A stretch of 52,204 bases of DNA, the filler included, from Malassezia furfur (lineage: Eukaryota), in the NCBI GenBank assembly GCA_052055015.1. It is 2 parts of 2 records of this genome, joined end to end, with 100 filler letters (N's around TTAATTAATTAA, not from the genome) between each part and the next. Parts side by side here need not be neighbours in the genome. Positions count along the whole stretch, not along the records: positions 26,327 to 52,204 come from JBQJIT010000131.1; 1 more part is not named here. One strand, given 5' to 3'. Positions 41,655 to 52,204 of the stretch are shown one piece after another. The notes under the pieces are model-generated. The model had not been told where the DNA came from and ran no database searches. It saw only the letters and a program-made list of their open reading frames with translations. Position numbers and translations under genes: made by a program. Each line of letters opens with the position of its first letter. The first letter of the stretch is position 1.

Positions 41655-44264
41655 ATGCAAGTTGCGCCAAATCCAGCACTCCTGGCATCATCGCCAGCAA
41701 ATGATAACCACAATACACAACTGAATTCGCGCCTAGGAACTTCATTGACTAGCGCTACCCACGAACAACCACACTATGACCATACTGACGACGATGCGAC
41801 TGACCTCGGCGAAGTCGTGGATTCTGACGACTACGTCTCCAATGATCAAGGATCAACGGGGGATCTCTCGGAAACTGACGATTCGGACATGGCGAAGCAG
41901 ATCGAAGCGGCAGGCGAGGGAGAGTCCCTGCTTGGCTCCGACGATTCCAGCGATGAGGCTCACCTTGCCGAAGAGGAGAAGTACATCATCGACGACGAAC
42001 TGCATCGGTCTAATCACCATCAACAAGAGGGGCCCGATGGCAAATCGGATGACGGCTATCGATCTGAGTCGGTCGGAACGGAAGAGGAGCTCAACTTCGA
42101 CCATGACTCTGACTTTTGGAATGCACTCTCACCGGCTGGGCAAGGCACTGACGAGGACATTGGCGAGGAAATGTTTAAGCCTCAGCGTGGGTTTGCGACG
42201 TCTCCAGAGCCGTCCTTTTCCGACTTTTTCGCATCCTCGGACGAGGTAGACGAGGGCAAAGAGAGCGGTGATGACGAGATGCTGACCACCGACGAAGATA
42301 CCGTCGAGGAATCCGACGGGAGCTCTACGATCAGCTCTGCATCTGTTTCGGCGCCGCTGATTGCGCACTTTGGCACATCACAGGAGCTGCCCGGGGATGT
42401 CGAGGGTGAGCATGCCGAGGAACCTGACGCCGACGAGGACAAGTCGCTGAAAAGTGCGATTCCCCTCCTCGTCATCGAGGACCTCGACGGGCGACTTATC
42501 TACGCCCGTGCCGGCGACGGTGAGGCCGTCTTTGGCTCAGATGGCGAATTTGAGTTCGTGGGCGAGAGCGAGGACGACTCGTCGAGCGACGACCTGGATG
42601 GCGGCGCGGGGTATGGATTCGCGGGAGACGCAAGTGCGCTGCCCCATCCGTCGCGCACCCCAGGTGCTTCTGATACCCAAGCTTACGATACTGGTGACGA
42701 TGGTGACACAACCGACGAGCTTCCTGACGAAGACATGCCGTACCCTCGCCTGCTGGTGGGCTCGATTGCGCCCCGAGGTGGCCGCAATGCCCGCCGTGCC
42801 CGTGAGATTGCAGCGCGCTCGCGCAAGTCCTCGCCCCGTGTCTCGTCTCCGGCGCCATTCGGGGGCCGAGGCGAGATGCGTACAAACTCACGTACGCCCA
42901 GCGCGCTCTCGCACGCCTATCCCGTCTCGGACGGAGAGTCGGAGCTGGATATGCACGAGAATGCCTCCGACGCAAGTCCCAGCAAGGGCGCCATGATGCA
43001 CGACACGAGTGGCCCCACGGCCCATGGCCCTGACGCCGGTGCCGGTGTATCGCGCAACAGCGACGCTTCCGCGAGCTGCAGCAAGCCTGAGATGGGCCAG
43101 TTCATTCCCGCACTCTCCAAGTCGGTGCACCGTGCGGTGATCGATGGCTCCCATCGCGCACCATCCCCGTTTAGTACCCACACTCCTTTGAAGCACGGCT
43201 TCGGAAAGCGCCGCGCCGCCTCGCGTGGCGGCCTCTCGGAGGACTCTTTGGAGCACGCGCTTAGTGCGCCCTCTCGCATGAAGCGAAAACGCTCGGAGAC
43301 CGTGCCGTATGTGCCAGCGCCCTACGGAGCCGTTTCAACGGCGCGACCCGACTCTTCACCTGAGCCCATGTCTCCTGAACCGCTGGATGCCATGGACCTG
43401 GGCGATGTCTTGGACGAGAACTTGATCTGGGAGATTGCCTCCAGCGATTCGGGAGACGAGCAGCCAAGTAACAAGGAGTTGGACGACGATTCCAGCGCAC
43501 GCCGGTCGAAGAACCGGACGCGTCGTGCCGATCGTCCAAAGCTGTCTGGCACACCTGGACTAAACTATAATGCCTTTGCGCGATGGAACCGAATTCCGAT
43601 GGGGGCCTTCCGCGACGCGCAGAAACAGAGTGGAAACAGCCACCCTTCGCCCATGTCGGAGGTGTATGCAAGCCATCAGCGCCCGACTGGAACCTATCTA
43701 CTGACCCACCCGTTCCCGACCAGTCGGGAGCAGCACCTGTCGAATGCCATGACGCCGCCGGCCCGGCCGTCGTCTCTGCTTCGTGCCAAAGAGCGCTCGC
43801 CCTTCCAGCGCACGGCGTCGCAGGGGATTGTTTCGCCGCTGCATAGGACACTGGCGGATGCATCTTCCTTGCAGGATCCTACCACGACTCAGTCGCCGCT
43901 GCATGCGAGTTTGGCATGGGCCCCCACCAGCGAAGGGCGCACCCACCCTTCATCGCGCTGGATGGACCAGGCAGGGGACCATACAGTGGTGGGGGGCCAT
44001 TTTCTTGTGTCGCCCAAGCTGACCCCTGTTAAACATTCGTCCAGGGGTCCCAATGCTGGCAATCTGGGCGCGCCAAGCGCACCTGGACCCTTACCTCACA
44101 GTCGCAAGGTCACGAAGCGGGAGAAGCGCGAACGACAGGCCCGGCGCGAGGCGATGAAGCGTGACCGCCTGCTCAGTCGCTCGCATTCGCACGAGGCCAA
44201 CGACTCTCCTAATAGTCCTTTGTCCTATACAGATGCCGCGCAGGTATCTCGCCTTCGTAGCTGA
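41655..44264 (+). CDS. Large acidic, largely disordered protein; possible Ifh1/Crf1-like regulator
   Basis: About 870-aa ORF from ATG 41655 with Asp/Glu tracts, a GDTTDELP motif, PEMGQF...AVIDG and basic NLS-like stretches. The CDS is solid; the identity is tentative. Confidence 0.7.
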   Translation: MQVAPNPALLASSPANDNHNTQLNSRLGTSLTSATHEQPHYDHTDDDATDLGEVVDSDDYVSNDQGSTGDLSETDDSDMAKQIEAAGEGESLLGSDDSSDEAHLAEEEKYIIDDELHRSNHHQQEGPDGKSDDGYRSESVGTEEELNFDHDSDFWNALSPAGQGTDEDIGEEMFKPQRGFATSPEPSFSDFFASSDEVDEGKESGDDEMLTTDEDTVEESDGSSTISSASVSAPLIAHFGTSQELPGDVEGEHAEEPDADEDKSLKSAIPLLVIEDLDGRLIYARAGDGEAVFGSDGEFEFVGESEDDSSSDDLDGGAGYGFAGDASALPHPSRTPGASDTQAYDTGDDGDTTDELPDEDMPYPRLLVGSIAPRGGRNARRAREIAARSRKSSPRVSSPAPFGGRGEMRTNSRTPSALSHAYPVSDGESELDMHENASDASPSKGAMMHDTSGPTAHGPDAGAGVSRNSDASASCSKPEMGQFIPALSKSVHRAVIDGSHRAPSPFSTHTPLKHGFGKRRAASRGGLSEDSLEHALSAPSRMKRKRSETVPYVPAPYGAVSTARPDSSPEPMSPEPLDAMDLGDVLDENLIWEIASSDSGDEQPSNKELDDDSSARRSKNRTRRADRPKLSGTPGLNYNAFARWNRIPMGAFRDAQKQSGNSHPSPMSEVYASHQRPTGTYLLTHPFPTSREQHLSNAMTPPARPSSLLRAKERSPFQRTASQGIVSPLHRTLADASSLQDPTTTQSPLHASLAWAPTSEGRTHPSSRWMDQAGDHTVVGGHFLVSPKLTPVKHSSRGPNAGNLGAPSAPGPLPHSRKVTKREKRERQARREAMKRDRLLSRSHSHEANDSPNSPLSYTDAAQVSRLRS

Positions 44265-45048
44265 CCTGAGCCATATCTTTACGGTGATGTCATACTCTCG
44301 CGCGTGCTGCACACTATGCCCGCTATGGACCCTTCCTCTGCAGGAGCGAGCAAGTCCCCGTGTTGTCGCACAGACACTCTTTGGTCGTCTAATTCAATCC
44401 AATAGAGCCGTGCGGCCAGGATTTCGCGAGACTATCCCAGGGACCTTGGGTACCCTGACGCAAGTGGTAGTATCCCCGCCCTCGTGGCTGAGTTGTGTAT
44501 ACCCAGGGTAGGGGGGGGTTAGTCGGCGTGGGAACCAGTTCTGGTAAGAAAATGATTGGGTCATGGGACTCGATGACTGCAGCCACTTAAAACACTGCAT
44601 GTCACCGTGTTGGCCCTGCAGCAAATGACGCGAGGAATTAAAGTTACGAATTGGCAGGGCAAAAGCGCGGTGTTGGACGCAGACCAGGCTCGGCTGGTTG
44701 GGAAAAAAATCTCGAAACGGTTGTACGAAACAGCGAGTACGCCGTAGACCTATTCGACTGTTTTCGACGGGAACACATCATTGCGGGGGATCACTGAGCG
44801 GCGAATTGCCCTTTCCGGTTGTCCGTCTCTCTCTCATCCTTCGTCCTTTTGCTTTTCTTCACACCTGTGTGCGGGTTGTGGTCGCCATTGGCTCTATTCG
44901 CACTCGCAAAAGCTACATCGCTCTCGTAAGAGAAGCAAGGTTTTGTCGCTCATCGTACCCTGTGCACATCGAGCAGCAATCAGCCACACACAATTGATAT
45001 ACTGTACTACGAACCTTCGGCGTTCGATTGTCTCTATCCGAACGTCTG

Positions 45049-46944
45049 ATGAGCGCGACTCCTCGTGCTTCGTTGGAAGCAGAAGTGTTGGGGGATCGAC
45101 TTGAGGAGCGCGATAATCCTTGCACGAACAGCCCGAACAAGGAGTCGTCCGTATTCTTGCACAACAAGCGGCCAAGCGTGGATACACCGGCAACGCAGAG
45201 CCCCCCTGATCGGCTAAGTCAAGGATATGGTCGTGAAGCACGATCACCAAACTGTTCTACGGGTGCAGCCCACGCTGGCTGTGACGATAAGACAACGAAA
45301 TCGCGTGAGGAGACAGCCGGTCAAGGATTGAACGAATCCAACACGTCTTCGAGCGACACTACGCCCTCGACGCAGAGCGAGGCTGCCACGCCAAGTGCAA
45401 ACGGTGATGCCGCTAAATCGCCTGAGACAAGAGCCAAATTGACCAGTGACTCTACGTCGTCTGGGACGCAGTCAGCCAAGGCTGTCCCTCAAGGACGGGA
45501 GTCTCGCGGGAGTATCAATGTCGGAGGCAAGAAACGGTACCCATGCCCCTTCCCTGGCTGCGAAAAGACGTTTTCGACCAGTGGCCATTCTTCGCGTCAC
45601 AGCCGCATCCATACCGGCGAGAAGCCCTACCGCTGCTCGTACCCCGGCTGCAATGCACAGTTCTCACGACACGACAACAGTTTGCAGCATTATCGGACGC
45701 ATATCATCTCCTCCAAGGGTGGGAAGAAGACACGAGGGAAGTCCAATGCGCAGGCGGCATCGGAAGATGCAACGGTGCCAGAACCCAGCCGGCTGCCTAG
45801 CGCGGCATTGGCACGGGCGACCAACGAGCAGCCCGCCTCGGCTGTGCCTGTTGCGGAGGCCGGTCCGCCGGACGACCGCATTCTGCGCACAGTACAGGCG
45901 CCTCCGTCCAACATGGCTCGCACGCACTCGTCACAGCCATCTTCTACCCTCTCGTCGCCAGTAGCCCGTGGTCCGCCGGGGTTGTCGACGTCGCCGTTGG
46001 ATGCTACCGTCGCTGGGCCATACGGGGAGGCCAAGATGGCTCCTGTGGCCCTTGATGGTGCACGTTCCGACTCGCTTGCACGAATAGCCAGCGTCGACCC
46101 TGACCGGGCCGCGGGCGTGCCGGCGGCCTCGCGCGTGGCGGATGGGTCCAAGAAGATCCGGTTGGACGGGCCGGCTGGACTCGCTGCGCTGGGGCCCCCG
46201 TTCGACGCATCTCGTACGCGGTATGCAATGCCGTACGAAGCTGTGGGTGCCCGTGATATATACACTGCTCACGGGTCCTACCTGCCGCTGCATTCCGGCA
46301 GGATGGAGAGCCCAGTCTGGTCCGACCACAGAGAGCATCTCGAGTTGAAAGCCCCGCCCATGGATGCGGCACCGGCGTATGGTGCTGTCAATGCGCGAAT
46401 GCTCTCTGCCGATCTATCGCCGAGCGTGTCGTCGATGCGCTCCGGCTCGTCTGTGCCCCAAGACGCCGCGTTGAAGCCGCCTTTGGCCGAGAGCCAAACG
46501 TTCGACTTTGGCGCACGGCCTGTGGCATACCCCCTGTTGGGCACGGAGACTGACCGGGTCCCTCTGCCACTGGCGCCCTACGTATCAGAATCTGGCAACC
46601 GCGGCTTCCGCAAGGTTGTCTCGCGTCATGGCCCCGAGTCGCCGATCCTGCAATCGCGTCCGCCCAGCTTCCGGATGCGCAAGAGTGGGAGTACGCCATC
46701 CCTGTTGACGCTCGAAATGCCACGCTCTGAGAGTTCCCATCCACTGTTTAAATACTCGCTCTCCTCCGGGATGCCGGCCACGAGCCATTCGTTGAGCCCT
46801 GTTCAGAGTCTCGAGCGCATCGGCAATCGCATGACGGTGTCAGAGCAATACGCTCCCGACGACTCCAAGATGGCTGTGCATGATCCAGCACATGGCGTGC
46901 CGAATGCGGAGTTTGTGCTGCCGCCGCTCTCGCGCCTGACGTGA
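45049..46944 (+). CDS. NRG1: Two-finger C2H2 transcriptional repressor, Nrg1-like
   Basis: [53 protein letters not shown] carries the Nrg1 hallmarks TSGH..RH and FSRHDN..QHYRTH. C-terminal LPPL motif. Confidence 0.85.
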   Translation: MSATPRASLEAEVLGDRLEERDNPCTNSPNKESSVFLHNKRPSVDTPATQSPPDRLSQGYGREARSPNCSTGAAHAGCDDKTTKSREETAGQGLNESNTSSSDTTPSTQSEAATPSANGDAAKSPETRAKLTSDSTSSGTQSAKAVPQGRESRGSINVGGKKRYPCPFPGCEKTFSTSGHSSRHSRIHTGEKPYRCSYPGCNAQFSRHDNSLQHYRTHIISSKGGKKTRGKSNAQAASEDATVPEPSRLPSAALARATNEQPASAVPVAEAGPPDDRILRTVQAPPSNMARTHSSQPSSTLSSPVARGPPGLSTSPLDATVAGPYGEAKMAPVALDGARSDSLARIASVDPDRAAGVPAASRVADGSKKIRLDGPAGLAALGPPFDASRTRYAMPYEAVGARDIYTAHGSYLPLHSGRMESPVWSDHREHLELKAPPMDAAPAYGAVNARMLSADLSPSVSSMRSGSSVPQDAALKPPLAESQTFDFGARPVAYPLLGTETDRVPLPLAPYVSESGNRGFRKVVSRHGPESPILQSRPPSFRMRKSGSTPSLLTLEMPRSESSHPLFKYSLSSGMPATSHSLSPVQSLERIGNRMTVSEQYAPDDSKMAVHDPAHGVPNAEFVLPPLSRLT

Positions 46945-47176
46945 GCAGCGCGCCGCGGCCGAGCGCGCCGCCAGTGTATGGCGCGTTCGTTGCGCAAGCG
47001 ACACATTTTGGATGTTTGCCTTCCCTTTTTCTTCCTCACTTGATGACTCCCCGCGTTTTGTGCCTACGCCGCACGTATAATTTCAAGATGGCTCTTATGT
47101 ATTCCTAGCGTCCCTTGTACGTAGCCTTCCACTTCCCTGTGCACCGGCCCTTCTGCGCCAAGCCTCCCTCGTAATG

Positions 47177-47185
47177 ATGACTCAT
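47177..47185. promoter_or_regulatory. Gcn4/Cpc1 (AP-1-type) binding site
   Basis: Perfect ATGACTCAT about 75 nt upstream of the PUT2 ATG, with a second TGACTC at 47044-47049. Confidence 0.5.
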
Positions 47186-47258
47186 CTAACTGCGCGCGTG
47201 GGCCACCGCGGCAAGATCTGCGCAGGGACGGCGTGGCGCGATCTTCTCAACTACCGCG

Positions 47259-48936
47259 ATGACGACGCCTACTCCGACGTTGGGTGACTTTCACCTCCCT
47301 GACATTCTCAATGAGCCCATGGTACGTTGCTCTTTAAGATGATCTTATGCAGCGCAACTTTGAGCCGAACTCGGTCGATCGTGCCGAGCTGCAAAAGGCC
47401 GTGGATGAGCTGATTGCGGCGGGCCCCCAGGAGGTGCCTGTCGTGATCGACGGCCGTGAGTTCACCTCGGGCAAGAAGAGCCAGCAGCTGAACCCCGGCA
47501 ACCACAAGCAGGTGGTGTGCAACTACTATGAGGCCGACGAGGCCATGGTCGACACGGCGATCCAAGGCGCGCTCAAGGCCAAGGAGGTCTGGGCAAACAT
47601 GCCGTGGAGCGAGCGTGCGGCGATCGGTCTCAAGGCCGCGGACCTGATCGCGAACAAGTACCGCTACAAGCTGCTTGCCGCGACGATGGTTGGCCAGGGC
47701 AAGAACGTGTGGCAGGCCGAGATTGATGCCGGCGCGGAGATCTGCGACTTTTTGCGCTTTGGCGTGAAGTACATTCACGACATGTACTCCATCCAGCCGC
47801 CGCGCAACTCTCCGGGCGTGTGGAACCGCACCGAGTACCGCCCGCTCGAGGGCTTTGTGTTCGCCGTGTCGCCGTTCAACTTCACTGCCATCGCCGGCAA
47901 CCTGGTGATGACGCCGGCGCTGGTCGGCAATGTGGTTGTGTGGAAGCCGTCCCCGATGGCCATCTACTCGAACTACATCGTGTTCCAGATCCTGAAGGAG
48001 GCTGGTGTGCCCGACGGTGTGATCCAGTTTGTCCCCGGTGACGCGCCGACGGTGGCAAACGCGGCGATCAACCACCGCGAGTTTTCGAGCTTGCACTTCA
48101 CCGGCTCGACGTTCGTGTTCCGCTCGCTCTGGAAGCAGATCTCCAACAACCTCGACCTGTACCAGGGCTACCCCCGCATCGTCGGCGAGACGGGTGGCAA
48201 AAACTTCCACTTTGTGCATCCCTCGGCGAACGTGGACGCGGTGGTCACGCAGTGCATCCGCGCTGCGTTTGAATTCCAGGGCCAAAAGTGCAGTGCGCTG
48301 TCGCGTCTGTATGTGCCCAAGTCGCTCTGGGAGGGCGGTATGAAGGACAAGCTCGTCAGTGCCACCAAGGGCATCAGTGTGGGCCCTGTCAACGAGTTCA
48401 AGCACTTTATGGGCCCGGTGATTGCCAAGCACGCCTTTGACAAGATCCTTGGTCTGATTGACGAGGCCAAGCAGCAGGGCGGTCAAGTGCTTACCGGCGG
48501 TACTGGCGATGACTCGGTTGGCTACTACGTCCAGCCGACCATCATCGAGACGAAGGACCCGCGCTCGGTGACGATGGTCAAGGAGATCTTCGGCCCGGTC
48601 ATTACCGTGTACGTCTACCCCGACAACGAGATCGACGAGACGTGCAAGCTGGTCGACACCACGACCGAGTATGCACTCACCGGCTCCATCTTCTCGTCGG
48701 ACCGCCAGGAGCTGCTGCGTGTCAGCAACCTGCTCCGCAACGCTTCGGGCATGATGTACTACAACGACAAGTGCACGGGTGCGGTTGTAGGCCAGCAGCC
48801 GTTCGGCGGTGCGCGCGCCTCGGGCACGAACGACAAGGCGGGCAGTATGAACATCTTCTTCCGTTTCGTGTCGCCGCGCACGATCAAGGAGTCGTTCCTG
48901 GACCCGTCGACCTACATCTACCCCTCGAACCAGTAA
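47259..48936 (+). CDS. PUT2: Delta-1-pyrroline-5-carboxylate dehydrogenase
   Basis: Motifs GQGKNVWQAEID, SPFNFTAI, GETGGKNFH, FQGQKCSA, QQPFGGAR. One 31-nt intron at 47322-47352. Confidence 0.95.
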
Positions 48937-49015
48937 CGTGTAGCAATCCGATAGTGGAAGAACCCTCGGGCATACACTTTGGGCACTGGGCCCGTCTACT
49001 ATGCTACAGCCGTCC

Positions 49016-49746
49016 TTAGTCGTCCGCTGGTGGTGCCTCTTCGTCCAGGTAGCGCACCAGCTTCACCCGGATCTCGGTCGTTTCGTCGCCCCTCAAGGTA
49101 TCCGAGACGAACTGGCACTGCGTCTGGATCTGCACCATCTCTAGTGCGCCACGGATCACGCCCGCCAACACGTTCGAGTACCACAGGCCGCCGCGCAGCG
49201 CCTCCGGCGGTAGCTCCACAAATTCGGCCAGTGGGTTTTCGGGGAATACGAGCGAGAATTCTCTGGCGCCTGCCGCATCCGCATCGGACGTGGCCGCTGC
49301 GCCGCTCGAGGGCCGTGCCGACGACACGTCCGGATCGGGCATATCAGCGGCGGGTGCGGACGGGTGTGTCACGTTTGGCACTATGTTGAGGAACATTTTG
49401 AATCCCACCTGTTGTCAGTGGGGACACGCACTTTGCTCACGGCCTGTGCCACATCGCGCATATCCGTGCACCGCGGTAGGTTGCTTCGTGCCAGAAAGTC
49501 CTCAATAAGACGCGTCCCAATGTTGAAGCCCCTGGGTCAGCGAACGTGGGTGGGAACGCACATCTTCTCGAGCTGGATGTTCACCTGCTCGTAATCCTCG
49601 TAATCCTTGATTAGCTGGACGACGAGCGCGCCGTACGTGAGCGTAAACAGCTCAGAGTTCTGGAGTAAGTGGAAGCGCCGACATACCACCTTGTCTGTAT
49701 TCTGTCTCCATAGGTCTTCGCCGATCGTCTTGTACTGCCTCGACAT
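49016..49746 (-). CDS. BET3: TRAPP subunit Bet3
   Basis: Motifs [47 protein letters not shown]. Introns at 49660-49686, 49532-49561, 49409-49431. Confidence 0.95.
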
Positions 49747-50264
49747 GGCGGCGGGCGCGTGTGGAGTCGGGGTACGATGTGGAGGAGCCCCATCGAGCGC
49801 GGCCGCGTGGCCTGGCGCGCAACTGGGCGGCGAGCGACGCCCCCACCTCCACTTGCGCGGTTCTCGGTCGGATCCTCGTCACGGTTTAGTCAGACTCCGG
49901 GTGCATGTGGATAGATTATCTACGCAGCGAATCGGCGGGCGAATCTAGCGGGCGTTGGACGCCATCGGGCTGCACGATGGCACGACCGTGGAAGTTGGCT
50001 CAAGACAAACGATGGTGGAGCACGACGGGCGTCTGGCGAGCAGATTCTACGCGCCCTCGCGACGTGGTCGAGCAACACACACCTCTCACCATACACCACC
50101 GTTGAGGCTGGACCTTGACCTTTGCGTGCGCTCGTGGAGAAGCGCGATCGGCTAATTGTTGTGCTCGAATTGCGAGCACTGCGCACGACCTTGGTGCTTG
50201 CGGGATTCCTATTTCGAGCAAGTGATTGCACGCGTTTTTTTTTCGTGTCTATACACACCCCAAT

Positions 50265-52204
50265 ATGCCCTCGACTGTGCCCAGAGGGAAACGGGTGCGC
50301 TGGTTGCTGCTGCTGGCAGCAGTACTCCAGGTTGCACCGTCGTGGGCCGACGTCCGTGTGGGCGTGTCCATCGCGGACCAATACCCCCCGCTGGCCCACG
50401 TCAACCAAGCGTATGACTGGCAATTTTTGCCCAACACTTTTACAGCGGACGGCGATCCGCTCACCTATGCTGCATCGGGCTTGCCGAGCTGGGCGAAGTT
50501 GGATTCCGACAGCGGTCGCATCACCGGCATGCCGTCCAAGCGCGGCTCGGGCGATATGACAAACCATGTGACGGTCACCGCGACCGACGGACGTGACCAT
50601 GCGCAGTCTGAGTTTGACCTGGTTACCATTACGGCGCCTGCGCCGACGCTGCGCCAGTCTCTGCAGGACCAGCTGCCGCAGGCAGCCTCGATGGGCGAGG
50701 GCAACATGCTGCCCAACAAGGTGCTGCATCTGCCGCTTGGCTGGTCGTTCAGTGTGGGATTCCAGGGCGATACGTTTGTGCTGCCCGACGACGACCGCGT
50801 GTACTACACGTCGTACCTGGAAGGTGCGCAGCCGCTGCCCGACTGGATCGTGTTCAACGAGGAGGAAATGACCTACGATGGCATTGCGCCCACGCAGCCT
50901 GGCCCCAACGGCACCTATTACAACATCATCCTCTTTGGCTCGAACCGGCGCAACACGGGCGGCCCGTCGACCAACTTTACGATCTACGTGGCGGGCGGCA
51001 TCATCGCCACGAACCAAACGCTCCCGACACCGATCGTGAATGTGACCGAGGGTCAGCCGTTTGCCTACACGGTGGACCAGCTGAACACTTCGGCGATGTT
51101 GGTCGACGGCAAGACGCCGCACTGGGGCTCTTTTTCGGTGGAGCCTGGGACGAATGCGCCGTCGTGGGTGTCGTTCGACACGCAGACCAACAACCTGACC
51201 GGCACGCCGCCGTTCGAGACCAAGGACAACAACTACACCACGACGACGGTGCCGCTGCGCGTGACGCACGACAACGCAGTGCCGATGGACTTCAACGTGA
51301 CGCTGGACGTATACCCCTCTGCCTTCAATGTCCAAACGTTGCCGAATGCCACCGTCTCCGCCGGGCAAGAGTTTGAAGTGGACCTGGCCAAGTACTTCCG
51401 GAGTACCAAAGGGTCGTCGAGCATCGACGTGGACACGCCGCTCGCGCGTCGCGACTTGCGCGCCGTAATGGGCCACCAGGCGCACCGCCACTTGCGCCGC
51501 AGCCTGCCGAGCTGGCTGCACTACGACAGTGCGCACCAGCGGATTACCGGCACGGCACCCACGGCCGAGCAGCAAGTCGCTGTGCGTGTATCGGCGGCGA
51601 ACCCCGTTGCGGACGCGCCCGTGCCCGACTCGCAGCTCGGATTCACGCTGTTTGTGCGCGACGAGCCGCACCCCGAGACGGCCCCGCACAAGCACGGCTT
51701 GACCGCTGGCGAGAAAGGCGCCATTGCCGGCTCGATCCTGGGTGCGGCGCTCCTGGCGGCGGTCGCGGGGCTGTGCTTCTTTTGCTACCGCCGCCGGCGC
51801 CGCACTGCGCCGGCGACCACCACGACGTACGATGCGCCGGCCGATGCCGCGGACGAGGCCGCGCCCGCGGCCGTCGAGGAGGCAGCCGTCTCGCCGTACC
51901 ATGAGGCGGCGTCGCCCAACGCAGGTGCTCTGTCTCCGTACGTGCCGCAGTCGGAGCGCGCGGCGCAGGCGCCATTTGACGACATCCGGGTGGTGCCAGA
52001 TCGTTCGCCGCGCACATACGGTACGGCGGCGGCTACATCGGCATACGCGCCGACCGCCGACGACGTCTACAACCCCCCTGCCGCTACGCACATGGACGAC
52101 GCGACGGGCGTTGGGAGCGCCGCGGGACTCGGTGCCGGTGCGGCACTGGGTGCTGGCGCTGGCGCCGCAGCGGCGCATGCGACGGCGCCGCGCCGGGGCG
52201 CGTC
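50265..52204 (+). CDS. AXL2: Axl2-like single-pass membrane protein with cadherin-like/Ig repeats, 3'-truncated
   Basis: Not in the ORF track. Signal peptide, DQYPPLAHVN, repeated LPSW...ITG.P modules, TM (AIAGSILGAALLAAVAGLCFFCY) followed by RRRRR. Open to the window end. Confidence 0.8.
   Translation, partial: MPSTVPRGKRVRWLLLLAAVLQVAPSWADVRVGVSIADQYPPLAHVNQAYDWQFLPNTFTADGDPLTYAASGLPSWAKLDSDSGRITGMPSKRGSGDMTNHVTVTATDGRDHAQSEFDLVTITAPAPTLRQSLQDQLPQAASMGEGNMLPNKVLHLPLGWSFSVGFQGDTFVLPDDDRVYYTSYLEGAQPLPDWIVFNEEEMTYDGIAPTQPGPNGTYYNIILFGSNRRNTGGPSTNFTIYVAGGIIATNQTLPTPIVNVTEGQPFAYTVDQLNTSAMLVDGKTPHWGSFSVEPGTNAPSWVSFDTQTNNLTGTPPFETKDNNYTTTTVPLRVTHDNAVPMDFNVTLDVYPSAFNVQTLPNATVSAGQEFEVDLAKYFRSTKGSSSIDVDTPLARRDLRAVMGHQAHRHLRRSLPSWLHYDSAHQRITGTAPTAEQQVAVRVSAANPVADAPVPDSQLGFTLFVRDEPHPETAPHKHGLTAGEKGAIAGSILGAALLAAVAGLCFFCYRRRRRTAPATTTTYDAPADAADEAAPAAVEEAAVSPYHEAASPNAGALSPYVPQSERAAQAPFDDIRVVPDRSPRTYGTAAATSAYAPTADDVYNPPAATHMDDATGVGSAAGLGAGAALGAGAGAAAAHATAPRRGA

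Noticed and set aside
47041..47190. TGATGA motifs as possible snoRNA C boxes
   Set aside because: No matching D box with rRNA complementarity. Better explained as TGACTC bZIP sites.
50230..50235. ACGCGT MCB element upstream of AXL2
   Set aside because: A single 6-mer in CpG-rich DNA is expected by chance.
49920..52178. 752-aa minus-strand ORF, and similar long antisense ORFs (866-2059, 5486-7480, 17798-19381, 29074-31044, 38647-39783)
   Set aside because: Stop-poor shadows of GC-rich genes on the opposite strand, with no recognisable motifs.

Overview
Gene-dense eukaryotic (fungal) DNA. GC-rich coding sequence, very short intergenic spacers and tiny GT-AG introns point to a basidiomycete yeast, most likely Malassezia (inference, not database-confirmed). 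I reconstructed about 38 protein-coding genes by hand, mostly housekeeping: UBX/FAF2-like, anoctamin/Ist2, Nha1, Tae1/NTM1, a fused pseudouridine glycosidase/kinase, Erv2, RNase H2C, PIMT, Yos9, SARAF, MsrB, Shg1, Ade13, Pso2, cyclin C, a TPI2-like isomerase, Mix14, Rib7, a tau55-like phosphatase, SSADH, a PA-RING ligase, Sec14, Ard1, Nog1, Nrg1, Put2, Bet3 and Axl2. Many are fragmented in the ORF track because they are spliced. Most notable: (1) 46 predicted coding-gene introns of 21-46 nt, with a mode of 22 nt; (2) a dual-guide box C/D snoRNA antisense to two 18S rRNA sites, inside an unusually long intron of an apparently non-coding host; (3) a CAG/TAG tandem acceptor that could switch the pseudouridine enzyme between fused and stand-alone forms; (4) a tandem trio of intronless secreted GHSMG hydrolases; (5) an all-low-complexity GGYGG/GSDNF repeat protein; (6) an unannotated 68-aa spliced microprotein; (7) a probable Ifh1/Crf1-like regulator head-to-head with NOG1. 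A 100-nt assembly gap with an artificial TTAATTAATTAA linker lies at 26227-26326. I found no tRNA, rRNA gene, CRISPR array or transposon. All family calls come from recognised motifs, not from searches.
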